From NCBI GenBank assembly GCA_031411635.1, contig JANOBL010000752.1, positions 1 to 35,244 of the forward strand: a DNA stretch of 35,244 bases. Direction: 5' to 3'. Under the pieces are notes generated by a model. It saw only the letters and a program-made list of their open reading frames with translations. It had not been told where the DNA came from and made no database searches. This DNA comes from Betaproteobacteria bacterium. GTDB lineage: Bacteria; Pseudomonadota; Gammaproteobacteria; Burkholderiales; Burkholderiaceae_C. The position numbers and the translations under genes are program-made. This document shows positions 1-7,981 of the stretch, one piece after another. How positions within the stretch are numbered: position 1 is the stretch's first letter; each line of letters starts with the position of its first letter.

Positions 1-516
1 GTCCAGGCCGTTGGTGGGCTCGTCCAGGATGATGTGCGACGGGTCGTGCACCAGCGCGCGGGCCAGCGCGGTTTTCATGCGCTCACCCTGGCTGAAGCCC
101 TCGGTGCGGCGGTCCAGCAGCGCGGTCATCTCCAGCACCTCAGCCAGCAGTGTGGCGCGGGCATGGGCGGTGGCGGCGTCCAGCCCATGCAAGCGGCCGT
201 AATAGACGATGTTCTCGCGTGCACTCAACCGGGGGTACAGGCCGCGTGCATCCGACAGCACACCCAGGTGCGCCAACGCGGCTTGCGGGCGGGCCACGGC
301 GTCGATGCCGGCCACCTGGATGCGGCCGGCATCGGGTTGCAGCAGGCCGGCGATCATTCGCAAGCTGGTGGTCTTGCCAGCGCCGTTGGCGCCCAGCAAG
401 CCGGTGATGCAGCCATCGGGCGCCACAAAGCTCAGGTCTTGCACCGCCGCCACGCTGTGCGCCTGGCGGCCCCGGCCTTGCACAAAGCTTTTGGCGAGCG
501 ACTGCACCTGGATCAT
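1..516 (-). CDS. ABC transporter ATP-binding protein (NatA/ABC-2 type), 3' end runs off the window
   Basis: Manual translation from the ATG at 516 gives MIQVQSLAKSF...GLLGANGAGKTT (Walker A)...FSQGERMK (signature)...IILDEPTNGLD (Walker B). It has an ATGA overlap with the upstream hydrolase stop. It is missing from the ORF track because it is partial. Confidence 0.92.
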   Translation of the reverse strand, partial: MIQVQSLAKSFVQGRGRQAHSVAAVQDLSFVAPDGCITGLLGANGAGKTTSLRMIAGLLQPDAGRIQVAGIDAVARPQAALAHLGVLSDARGLYPRLSARENIVYYGRLHGLDAATAHARATLLAEVLEMTALLDRRTEGFSQGERMKTALARALVHDPSHIILDEPTNGLD

Positions 517-1985
517 CGCGCTGCTGTCCCGCCGGGTGGCACAAAAGCCAATGGGCGCGGCACGGCCTGGGCGCAATCGGCATCGCCGGCCAGCGCGGTG
601 GCGGCATCGTCGGTGCTGATGAAGCGTGCCACGGCATCGCGCAGGCAGGCCAGGCCGGTCACGCCATGAGCAGCCTGGGGCACGACCACATGGCGGGCCA
701 ACGGGCCCAGCGCCTGCGCCATGCGCTGGGCATGGCGCGGTGGCGTGACCGGGTCCAGCCCGCCCGACATCAACCAGGTGGGCGATCTTGCGGGCGGCAC
801 CGTGTAGAACGCTGGATCAACCCCGCCGCGCGGCCAATCGGCACAAGCAGCCTGGTAGAGCTGGGCAAAGCTGTCGCCAAAATCGGCAGCGACGGATGCA
901 GCAGCAGGCAAGGGTGGCGCCGCCGGCCCCAGGTCTTCCGAACAGATCACCGAAAAATGCAAGCCGCTGGCAATACCACCGGTGCCACCACGGCCACCCA
1001 CCGCACTGGCCAGCGCGGCCAGCGGCGCCCAGCGGCCGGCGCTGGCCTCGGTGATCACCACCGGCAATGCGGCGGCCAGCGCCGGGCTGTACAGCGGCGC
1101 GCGCAGCAGGCCCAGCACGGTTTCGCGCTGCAGCCGCACCGCCTGCATCTGGCCGCTGACCGGGTGCGGAAGCTGCACGTCCAGCGGCAAACCGGCCAGC
1201 AGGGCCGACCACTGGGCGCGCAAGGCCGGGTGGCGCCGGGCGCAGGCGGGCTCGGCCGCGCAGGCATCGAGCAGCGCCTGCAGCGCCGCGCCGTTGTCCA
1301 ACGCCGCAGCCTCGGGCAGGCGCATGTCGGGCGGCGCCACACCGTCCAGCACCGCACGCCGAACCGTGGCCGGAAACTGCCGCATCAGATCCAGCGCCGC
1401 CCGCGTGCCATACGACAGGCCGATCAGGTTGATCTGCGCCGCGCCCAGCGCCTGGCGCACCGCATCCACATCGGCCACCGCGATGCTGGTGGTGAAAAAC
1501 CGCAGATCACCGTGCGGCAAGGCCTGCAGCGCCAATCGGCAGGCGCGCAGCCGGTCCAGGCGCAGCGCCGGATCGGCCTGCTCGGCCAGCGGGCGCAACA
1601 CCGCGCGCTCGTCGTCGTCGGCACAGCGCAGCGGTGCACTGCGGCCGGTGCCACGCAGATCGACAAACACCAGGTCGCGGCGCTGGCCCAGCCGGGCATG
1701 GCGGGCGGCCAGCGCGCCGGCCAGATCGATTGCACTCTGGCCTGGCCCACCGGCAAAGAAAAACACCGGGTCGGCCGCTTTGTGCCGTGCCAGTGCCGGC
1801 AGCACCGCGTAATACAGCGTGATTTGCTGGCCCGCCGGCCGGGCCGGATCCAGCGGGCGCTGCAGCGTGCCGCACAGCGCGGCTTGGGCCACGCCTGGCA
1901 GGCGGCAGGCGTTGAGGGCCGCAGCCTGCGCCGGCCGCGCCGCCAAACCCAGCAGCAAAACGGCGATCGGTAAAACCAGCGGCAT
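513..1985 (-). CDS. Secreted alpha/beta hydrolase (TAP-like/tripeptidyl-aminopeptidase family)
   Basis: Signal peptide (AQAA), GGPGQS oxyanion motif, DLRGTGRS, GLSYG nucleophile elbow, and DPVTPP / AHG acid and His motifs. Confidence 0.88.
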   Translation of the reverse strand: MPLVLPIAVLLLGLAARPAQAAALNACRLPGVAQAALCGTLQRPLDPARPAGQQITLYYAVLPALARHKAADPVFFFAGGPGQSAIDLAGALAARHARLGQRRDLVFVDLRGTGRSAPLRCADDDERAVLRPLAEQADPALRLDRLRACRLALQALPHGDLRFFTTSIAVADVDAVRQALGAAQINLIGLSYGTRAALDLMRQFPATVRRAVLDGVAPPDMRLPEAAALDNGAALQALLDACAAEPACARRHPALRAQWSALLAGLPLDVQLPHPVSGQMQAVRLQRETVLGLLRAPLYSPALAAALPVVITEASAGRWAPLAALASAVGGRGGTGGIASGLHFSVICSEDLGPAAPPLPAAASVAADFGDSFAQLYQAACADWPRGGVDPAFYTVPPARSPTWLMSGGLDPVTPPRHAQRMAQALGPLARHVVVPQAAHGVTGLACLRDAVARFISTDDAATALAGDADCAQAVPRPLAFVPPGGTAAR

Positions 1986-2350
1986 CAGGCCAGCAGGCGC
2001 TTTAACTCACCGCTGCTGATCAACCGGTCCAAGTCGGCAGCACCCCCCACCAACTGGCCTTTGACAAACACCATCGGAAAGGTTGGCCAGCCGCTCCACA
2101 TCTTCAGTGCATTGCGGCGCCGCCACTCGCTGAGGTAACCGCCGTAGTCCAGATCGTGGTGCGCCACACCGGCGGCGTCCAGCGCGCGGCGCGCTTTTTT
2201 GGGCCAGGGGTTGGCGGCCATGCCCACCACCACCACCGGGTGCTTGGCCACGGCGGCCTGCACCTCGCGCACGATGTCCACCTGGTGCGTGGCCACCTGG
2301 TTGCGCACGCTGGGGTGGATCGCGGATTCATCAAGCGTCAAACGCGGCAT
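1985..2350 (-). CDS. Glutaredoxin-like protein with no cysteine
   Basis: WPTFPMVFVKGQLVGG glutaredoxin C-terminal motif. Start reassigned to the ATG at 2350 (MPRLTL). The active-site position reads NPWP. Confidence 0.85.
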   Translation of the reverse strand: MPRLTLDESAIHPSVRNQVATHQVDIVREVQAAVAKHPVVVVGMAANPWPKKARRALDAAGVAHHDLDYGGYLSEWRRRNALKMWSGWPTFPMVFVKGQLVGGAADLDRLISSGELKRLLA

Positions 2351-2456
2351 GGGCTGTCCTGCAGAGGGGTGAGAGCCAAAGCATACTGTGCCCCCGTCCC
2401 GCCACCCGCTGCCCGGGTGGACTGACCCTTTGTTGAAACCACTGAAGGATTGACCC

Positions 2457-3068
2457 ATGAAGCTCTACTACAGCACCGGCTCTTGTTCACTCAGCCCGCG
2501 CATTGCGCTGCACGAGGCCGGCCTGGCCTACGAAGGCGTGCTGGCGCCGACCAAGACCAAGCTGCTGCCCGATGGCAGCGACTACCGCGCTATCAATGCC
2601 AAGGGCTATGTGCCGCTGCTGGAACTGGACGACGGCCAGCGCCTGACCGAAGGCGCGGCGATCGTGCAATACATCGCCGACCAAGCGCCGGCCAAAGGCC
2701 TGGCGCCGGCCAACGGCACGATGGCGCGCTACCGGCTGCAGGAGTGGCTGCACTTCATCGGCAGCGAGTTGCACAAGGGCGGTTTTGGTGTGTTTTTCAA
2801 CCCGGCGTCCAACGACGAGTTCAAGGCCGCCACCCGCGACAAGCTGACCGGCCGGCTGCGCTGGATCAACGAGCAGCTCGAAGGCAAAACCTGGCTGTTG
2901 GGCGACAGCTTCACGGTGGCCGATGGTTATCTGTTCAACATCACGAACTGGGCCAAACCCACCGGCGTGGACCTGACGCCTTACCCCAACCTGCTGGCCT
3001 GGCGCGAGCGGGTGGCCGCCCGGCCGGCGGTGCAGGCGGCGATGAAGGCCGAGGGGATCACCGGCTGA
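2457..3068 (+). CDS. gstA: Glutathione S-transferase (beta class)
   Basis: MKLYYSTGSCSLSPRIALHEAG, GYVPLLELDDG, EGAAIVQYIAD, SELHK and FTVADGYLF. AAGGA RBS upstream. Confidence 0.93.
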   Translation: MKLYYSTGSCSLSPRIALHEAGLAYEGVLAPTKTKLLPDGSDYRAINAKGYVPLLELDDGQRLTEGAAIVQYIADQAPAKGLAPANGTMARYRLQEWLHFIGSELHKGGFGVFFNPASNDEFKAATRDKLTGRLRWINEQLEGKTWLLGDSFTVADGYLFNITNWAKPTGVDLTPYPNLLAWRERVAARPAVQAAMKAEGITG

Positions 3069-3072
3069 CGCC

Positions 3073-3150
3073 GGCTCGCCCACGGCCTCGCAGAGCTTGG
3101 CCGCTTCGCCAGGCACAAACAGCCACAGGACTGTTTGTGTCCGGGCTCAG
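3073..3150. repeat. REP-like palindromic intergenic element between convergent genes
   Basis: CACAAACAG-N8-CTGTTTGTG stem at 3114-3139 inside GCCGCTTCGCCAGG...TCCGGGCTCAGC. It resembles dispersed Burkholderiales intergenic repeats and may also act as a terminator. Confidence 0.6.
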
Positions 3151-4751
3151 CCCGTCACGCTGCGCTGCAAGGCATCGCAAGTGGCGCGCTGGGCATCGGC
3201 AGCATCCAGCTTGCCGCACAGCGCAACCAGGCCGTCCGGCCCCTCACTCAAGCGCCGCAACACCGCCTGGTGGGCGCCGCTGCGGCCCCAGGCCGCCAGC
3301 TTGCTGCCCACCCGCTGCAACGAGCGTGCACTGCGCTCGTGGAAGGCCGCCGGGTCCAACGCCGCTGCGGCAAACAGCGCCCGCGCCAAAGCCTCGATGC
3401 GCGCGTCCTGCTGCGGCGCCAGGTCTACCAGCGCGGCCAGGTAACTGGCGCCCCATTGCAAACGGGTCGCCGGGCCCTCGCTGCGCTGGTAAGCCGCCTC
3501 AAACCAGCGCAGCGCTTCGTCCTTGTGGCCCAAGTTGCGCGCCTGGTCGGCAAGCTGGCTCATCAGGTAGTACGGCGCATGGCTGCGTGGCAGATTGGCT
3601 TTCAGCAGCGCCTCGCTGTCGGCCCACAACCCGGCTTGCGCCAGCACACCGGCACCGGCGGTGATCACGGCCTGGCGCTCGTAGGGGTCCTTGATCTCGT
3701 GGTCGTCGCGCGCCACCTGGGCCCGCACTTGCTTCAGCAGCGCGGCCGGCAGCTTGGGATGGCGATCATTCTTGGCCAGGTTGATGCGGGCCAGCGCCAC
3801 ACGCGATGCCAGCGCATTGAGCCGGTCGGCCCGCGACAGGCTGGCATCGGCCTGCAGGCGCTGCAGCGCGGTATCAAACGCGGCGGCCAGGCTGCGCCGC
3901 TCGGCCCCCGGGGCTGGCGCCAGCGCCTTGGTGATGTCGTCCGCATAGTTGACCACCACATCCATCTGCGCCCGTGTGGCCGGCGCATCGGCCAGCAGCC
4001 GGCGCACCCGCTCGCGCAGCCCGGCATCGGGTTTGAGGCCTTTGCTGTCGTCGCTTTCGGCCAAGGCCTTCAGCAGCATGCGGGTGGCCGCGCCGGGCTC
4101 GCTGGCCGGGCAGGCGGCGGACAACTGCGCCAGCAGGCCGGGCCGCTCAGCAGCCGACACAAGCTGCGCCTCGTCGATGTCCCAGCCGTAAAAAGCCAGC
4201 AGCCGCCACTCCGGCCCACTGACCGGTTTGCCGGCCAGCGCATCGGCCAGCACCGACTTGACCGGCCGGCCACCCGACAGGCCAAGCTGCAGCACGCTCA
4301 ACACCTGCGGTGCATCCACCTCGCCGGGCAAGCGGGTGATCTCGGCGCCATCGGGCGCCATCAGGATCATCGTCGGGTAGCCCCGCACCTTGAAGCGGCC
4401 GCCCAGCTTTTGCGCACCGGGCAAATCGCCGTCGATGTTGACCGCCACGAATGACTTTGAGCGCTCGATGAAATCAGCGCGGTTGAACAGCGTGGCCTTG
4501 AGCTGGTTGCAAGGTGGGCACCAGGCCGCGCCCCAGTACAGCAGCAGCGGTTTTTTCTCGGCCCGGGCCTGGCCAAAGGCGCGCTCGATGTCGGCATCCA
4601 CGGCGGCGTTCAGCCAGGCCACACTGTCGGCGCTGCCGGGCGTTGCGGCCGACGCCGCGGGCCCCAGCAGACCCACCAGCGCCAGCAGCGCAAACAAGCG
4701 CGCAAACCAGCGCGCAAACAATCGGGCAAGCAAGCGGGTGGTGGGATGCAT
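3147..4751 (-). CDS. Exported thioredoxin-fold protein (WCPPC) with a long alpha-helical C-terminus
   Basis: Signal peptide ending ASAA, YWGAAWCPPC and FKVRGYPT (cis-Pro). Start taken at the ATG at 4751; 4781 is an alternative. The ORF track's extension to 5306 overlaps the next gene. Confidence 0.85.
   Translation of the reverse strand: MHPTTRLLARLFARWFARLFALLALVGLLGPAASAATPGSADSVAWLNAAVDADIERAFGQARAEKKPLLLYWGAAWCPPCNQLKATLFNRADFIERSKSFVAVNIDGDLPGAQKLGGRFKVRGYPTMILMAPDGAEITRLPGEVDAPQVLSVLQLGLSGGRPVKSVLADALAGKPVSGPEWRLLAFYGWDIDEAQLVSAAERPGLLAQLSAACPASEPGAATRMLLKALAESDDSKGLKPDAGLRERVRRLLADAPATRAQMDVVVNYADDITKALAPAPGAERRSLAAAFDTALQRLQADASLSRADRLNALASRVALARINLAKNDRHPKLPAALLKQVRAQVARDDHEIKDPYERQAVITAGAGVLAQAGLWADSEALLKANLPRSHAPYYLMSQLADQARNLGHKDEALRWFEAAYQRSEGPATRLQWGASYLAALVDLAPQQDARIEALARALFAAAALDPAAFHERSARSLQRVGSKLAAWGRSGAHQAVLRRLSEGPDGLVALCGKLDAADAQRATCDALQRSVTG
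4689..4736. repeat. Degenerate 12-bp tandem repeat x4 in the signal-peptide coding region
   Basis: CGCAAACAAGCG/CGCAAACCAGCG/CGCAAACAATCG/GGCAAGCAAGCG, encoding RLLA-RLFA-RWFA-RLFA on the minus strand. Confidence 0.8.
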
Positions 4752-4789
4752 GCTGCGGGCTCCGGCGTGGGCAAACCACATTGTGGCGC

Positions 4790-5635
4790 TCAGCCCGCCA
4801 GCACCGCCACCGCTGCCACCATGCGGGCCCGCGTGGCCTCGTCGGCCGGAAAAAAATGCTCCACCCGCAGCGACGCGGCGGTGACATCCAGCGGTGCGCC
4901 AAAGGTGGTGAAGGCCGAAAAAAACCGCAGCACTCCGCCCTCGGTGGTGCGCAGCACGGTCTCCAGCAACGGGGTTGACGGCCGCTCCAGCGGCGGCGTG
5001 GCGAGCCGGCGCGGCAACAACGGCCGCAGTTGTTCGACGCTGCTGCGCAGCGCCGGGCTGTGCACCGCCTCGCGCTGGGCACGCTGCCAGACCTCGGCGC
5101 ACACCGCGTCGGCATTGACGATCAGCGTGCGCAAACCGCCCGGCGCCAGCAGCGCGTGCAGCAGGTTCAGCCCGCCGGCCAGCTTGGCGGCCGGCACACC
5201 CAGCAAGCCCATCATCGCGTGTGTGCCACGGTTGGCTTGCAGCACGTTCCAGCCATCGTCCAGCACAAAGGCCGGCGCCGGATCGTGTGCGGCCAGCAAA
5301 AAACACAGCGCATCACGCACCGGCGCCATCTCGGCATCGGCCAGCGCACGGCGCGCAAACGTGGGCGCAAAGCCTGCTGTCAGCAAAACCTCGTTGCGCT
5401 CGGCCAACGGTGCGTCCAGCGCATCCAGCAGTGCATGCAGCATCTCGCGGCTGGGCCGGGCGCGGCCGGTCTCGATGCACGACAAATGGCGCTGCGACAC
5501 CCCCACTTGCAGCGACAAGGCAAGCTGGCTGATGCGGCGCTGCTGGCGCAGGTGGCGCAAGCGGCCGGCCGCCTGGGGTGCGGCGCCGGGCCGCTGGGGT
5601 GAGGCCGGTAAAGCAGGGGTGCTGCGGTTTTGCAT
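4790..5635 (-). CDS. XRE-family HTH regulator with MmyB-like ligand-binding domain
   Basis: SQLALSLQVGVSQRHLSCIETGRARPSR HTH, followed by PAPAFVLDDGWNVLQAN and FTTFGAPLDVT...LRVEHFFPAD. Confidence 0.9.
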   Translation of the reverse strand: MQNRSTPALPASPQRPGAAPQAAGRLRHLRQQRRISQLALSLQVGVSQRHLSCIETGRARPSREMLHALLDALDAPLAERNEVLLTAGFAPTFARRALADAEMAPVRDALCFLLAAHDPAPAFVLDDGWNVLQANRGTHAMMGLLGVPAAKLAGGLNLLHALLAPGGLRTLIVNADAVCAEVWQRAQREAVHSPALRSSVEQLRPLLPRRLATPPLERPSTPLLETVLRTTEGGVLRFFSAFTTFGAPLDVTAASLRVEHFFPADEATRARMVAAVAVLAG

Positions 5636-5669
5636 GCCACGATGTTGCCAAAACCGGAGCGGTATCACG

Positions 5670-5686
5670 ATGACCTTGCAGGTCAT
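5670..5686. promoter_or_regulatory. Palindromic operator, probably bound by the XRE regulator
   Basis: ATGACCT-TGC-AGGTCAT is a perfect 7-3-7 inverted repeat about 35 bp upstream of the regulator start. Confidence 0.6.
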
Positions 5687-5718
5687 GGCCGCTGTGCACC
5701 GCCGATGTGCTGGCCCAA

Positions 5719-6456
5719 CTACGCCCCATCACCCCCCAACGGCAACTGCGCATCGTCGTCCACCCGCTCGGGTGTGGCCCGGGCCAGCGCCATCCACACC
5801 ACAAACGGCAGCCGCAGGCCACGTTTGGGTGCCGGCCGGGCCACGCTGAGCGCACCGTCGGGCAGCGCCAGCAACACGCCGTAAACCTCGGGGATTTCCT
5901 CGGGCCGGGCAATGCCGTCGCGGATCACGTACCAGCATTCGCTGCTCAGCCAGCGGTAGGCCTCGCCCTTGGCCGGGCGGCGCAGATCGGCCAGCAGGTC
6001 GGACCGCTGCACCTTGATCTCGTGCGCGATCGGCTCGACGTAATCCTCCACCGTGGTGTGGCGGATCGAGTAGACATCGGGCATCGCGATCGCCCAGCCC
6101 GGTTCGGGTGGCACGGCATCCACCGGCACTGCCGCCTCGCCCACCCGGGCGCGCAAGCCCAGGCCACGCCACACCACCCGGCCGGCACGCTGCATCTCGC
6201 GCGCCACGCGGGCCACCAGCGCCTCGTGGGCATCGCGTGCATTGCGGTTGCGCTGCAGCGTCTGGGCCAACAGCGCGATGCCGGCATCGGTCAGGCGCAC
6301 GGTATCGCGGCCAGCGCCATCACGCTCGCGGGCCAGCAGGCCGGCGCTGAGCAGATCGATCTCGATCAAATCCTGGAACGGCCAGCCGGCCGAGCGCCAA
6401 ACCTCACGCAGGCGGCGGCGGTGAGGGGGGCCGATGTTGGGCGTGGCGCTGACCAT
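5719..6456 (-). CDS. Hypothetical protein: N-terminal winged-helix-like region plus PD-(D/E)XK (MmcB-like) nuclease-fold domain
   Basis: PDVYSI...HEIKVQRSDLLADL...AY...ECWYV...EEIP..YGVL pattern typical of MmcB-like restriction-endonuclease folds. The N-terminal LLSAGLL...VRLTDAG resembles a wHTH wing. Confidence 0.7.
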   Translation of the reverse strand: MVSATPNIGPPHRRRLREVWRSAGWPFQDLIEIDLLSAGLLARERDGAGRDTVRLTDAGIALLAQTLQRNRNARDAHEALVARVAREMQRAGRVVWRGLGLRARVGEAAVPVDAVPPEPGWAIAMPDVYSIRHTTVEDYVEPIAHEIKVQRSDLLADLRRPAKGEAYRWLSSECWYVIRDGIARPEEIPEVYGVLLALPDGALSVARPAPKRGLRLPFVVWMALARATPERVDDDAQLPLGGDGA

Positions 6457-6565
6457 GGGCAGCAAGCGTAGCGCCAGCGGGTGGGCCTGGCGACGACAAT
6501 CAAGCCCCCTGGTCTACCACGCGCGCACCCATGACCATCCCGGCAAAAACGCAGCCACCGCAGCG

Positions 6566-7450
6566 ATGAACACGGTGCTGGCGCAAGACGGCATCGCAGC
6601 GGTCAAGCTGCTCGCCACCGAATCGGTGCACCTGATCTTGAGCGACATCCCGTACGGCATTGCTGCGGACGACTGGGATGTGCTGCACCCGAATCGCAAC
6701 TCGGCGCTGCTGGGGTCCAGCCCGGCGCAGGCCCGCGCCGGTGCGATCTTCAAGCGCCGCGGCAAACCGCTGAACGGCTGGTCTGAAGCCGACCGCAGCA
6801 TCCCACTGCAATACCAGCAGTGGTGCACCTCCTTTGCCACCGATTGGCACCGGGTCTTGAAACCCGGCGCATCGGCCCTGGTATTTGCCGGCCGCCGGCT
6901 GTCGCACCGCTGCATCGTCGCGTTTGAAGACGCCGGTTTGACGTTCCGCGATTCACTGGCCTGGCTGCGCGAATCGGCACCGCACCGCGCACAACGCCTG
7001 AGCGTGGTGTACGCGCGGCGCGGCGATGCCGAAAACGCCGCACGTTGGCAAGGCTGGCGGGTGGGCAATCTGCGGCCAACGTTCGAGCCGGTGCTGTGGT
7101 TTGTCAAACCCTACCCGATCGGCAGCACGATCGCCGACAACGTGTTGCAGCACGGTGTGGGTGCTTTCAACGAGGCTGGTTTTGTCACGCACCAGCGGTC
7201 GCCCGACAACGTGTTGCGTGCCGGTTTTGCGGCCGGCGAAGCCGGCCAGCATCTGGCGCAAAAACCGCTGAAGCTGATGCGGGCCTTGATCGAGCTGACC
7301 ACCCAGCCCGGCCAGCTCGTGCTGGACCCGTTTTGTGGCAGTGGCTCCAGCTTGGTGGCTGCCCAGGCCGCCGGTCGGCGCTACCTGGGCTACGAGATAA
7401 ACCCGGCGACGGCCCACCTGGCGCAGCAACGCTTGCAGCGCGGTGAGTAG
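6566..7450 (+). CDS. Beta-class N6-adenine/N4-cytosine DNA methyltransferase, M.HindIII-like
   Basis: SDIPYG (motif IV) near the N-terminus, QKP and LDPFCGSG (motif I) near the C-terminus. The segments FKRRGKPLNGWSEAD, APHRAQR and GWRVGNLRP-FEP-LWF-KPY match my recollection of M.HindIII. Confidence 0.92.
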   Translation: MNTVLAQDGIAAVKLLATESVHLILSDIPYGIAADDWDVLHPNRNSALLGSSPAQARAGAIFKRRGKPLNGWSEADRSIPLQYQQWCTSFATDWHRVLKPGASALVFAGRRLSHRCIVAFEDAGLTFRDSLAWLRESAPHRAQRLSVVYARRGDAENAARWQGWRVGNLRPTFEPVLWFVKPYPIGSTIADNVLQHGVGAFNEAGFVTHQRSPDNVLRAGFAAGEAGQHLAQKPLKLMRALIELTTQPGQLVLDPFCGSGSSLVAAQAAGRRYLGYEINPATAHLAQQRLQRGE

Positions 7451-7458
7451 GCCGCCGC

Positions 7459-7737
7459 TCAGCGCACCTGCACACCCTTCCAGAACGCCAGCCGGTCCTT
7501 GATCTGTGCCGCCGCCTCGCTGGGCTCGGGGTAGTACCAGACCGCGTCGGGGTTCAGGTCGCCGTTGACCAGCAGGCTGTGGTAGCGCGCCTGGCCCTTC
7601 CAAGCGCAAGACGTGCGGTGGTTGCTGTGCACCAGGTACTGCGGCTTCACGGCCGCTGCCGGAAAGTAGTGGTTGCCTTCCACCACCACGGTGTCGTCAC
7701 TCTCGGCGATCACCTCGCCGTTCCAGATCGCTTGCAT
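7459..7737 (-). CDS. DUF427 domain protein
   Basis: MQAIWNGEVIAESDDTVVVEGNHYFP...CAWKGQARY...AVWYYPEP...AFWKGV. Start at the ATG at 7737. Confidence 0.92.
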   Translation of the reverse strand: MQAIWNGEVIAESDDTVVVEGNHYFPAAAVKPQYLVHSNHRTSCAWKGQARYHSLLVNGDLNPDAVWYYPEPSEAAAQIKDRLAFWKGVQVR

Positions 7738-7847
7738 GCCAGGGCTCCCGGGCCAGCGGCGCACCGGGGGTGCGGCAGCGCGGCCTGCACGATGGTATGC
7801 CGCGCCAGGGGCTGGCTGCAGCGCGGCAAACGGCAGCCGTCTGCCCG

Positions 7848-7865
7848 CTGTCAAACCCCGGTCAT
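7848..7865 (+). promoter_or_regulatory. Putative Pho box (PhoB site)
   Basis: CTGTCAA-ACCC-CGGTCAT is two direct half-sites with 11-bp period resembling CTGTCAT-N4-CTGTCAY. It lies ~115 bp upstream of a glycerophosphodiesterase. Confidence 0.45.
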
Positions 7866-7981
7866 GCGCGGCAGCGATGCTGCAAGCGCCCCGGGTGTAA
7901 TCTGGCATCGGGGCGGACACAGCTTCCCTGCGGGTGCGCCAACCTGGCCCACCGCGCCGCCAACCACAAAGGAGACATCGC

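Noticed and set aside
3147-5306. 719-aa version of the thioredoxin-fold ORF; likewise the 902-aa TonB receptor ORF from 13420 and the 515-aa permease ORF from 9671
   Set aside because: The N-terminal extensions overlap other real genes. Signal peptides and stop/start overlaps support the later starts.
6457-6565. LexA (SOS) box for the MmcB-like gene
   Set aside because: There is no CTGT-N8-ACAG motif in the intergenic region.
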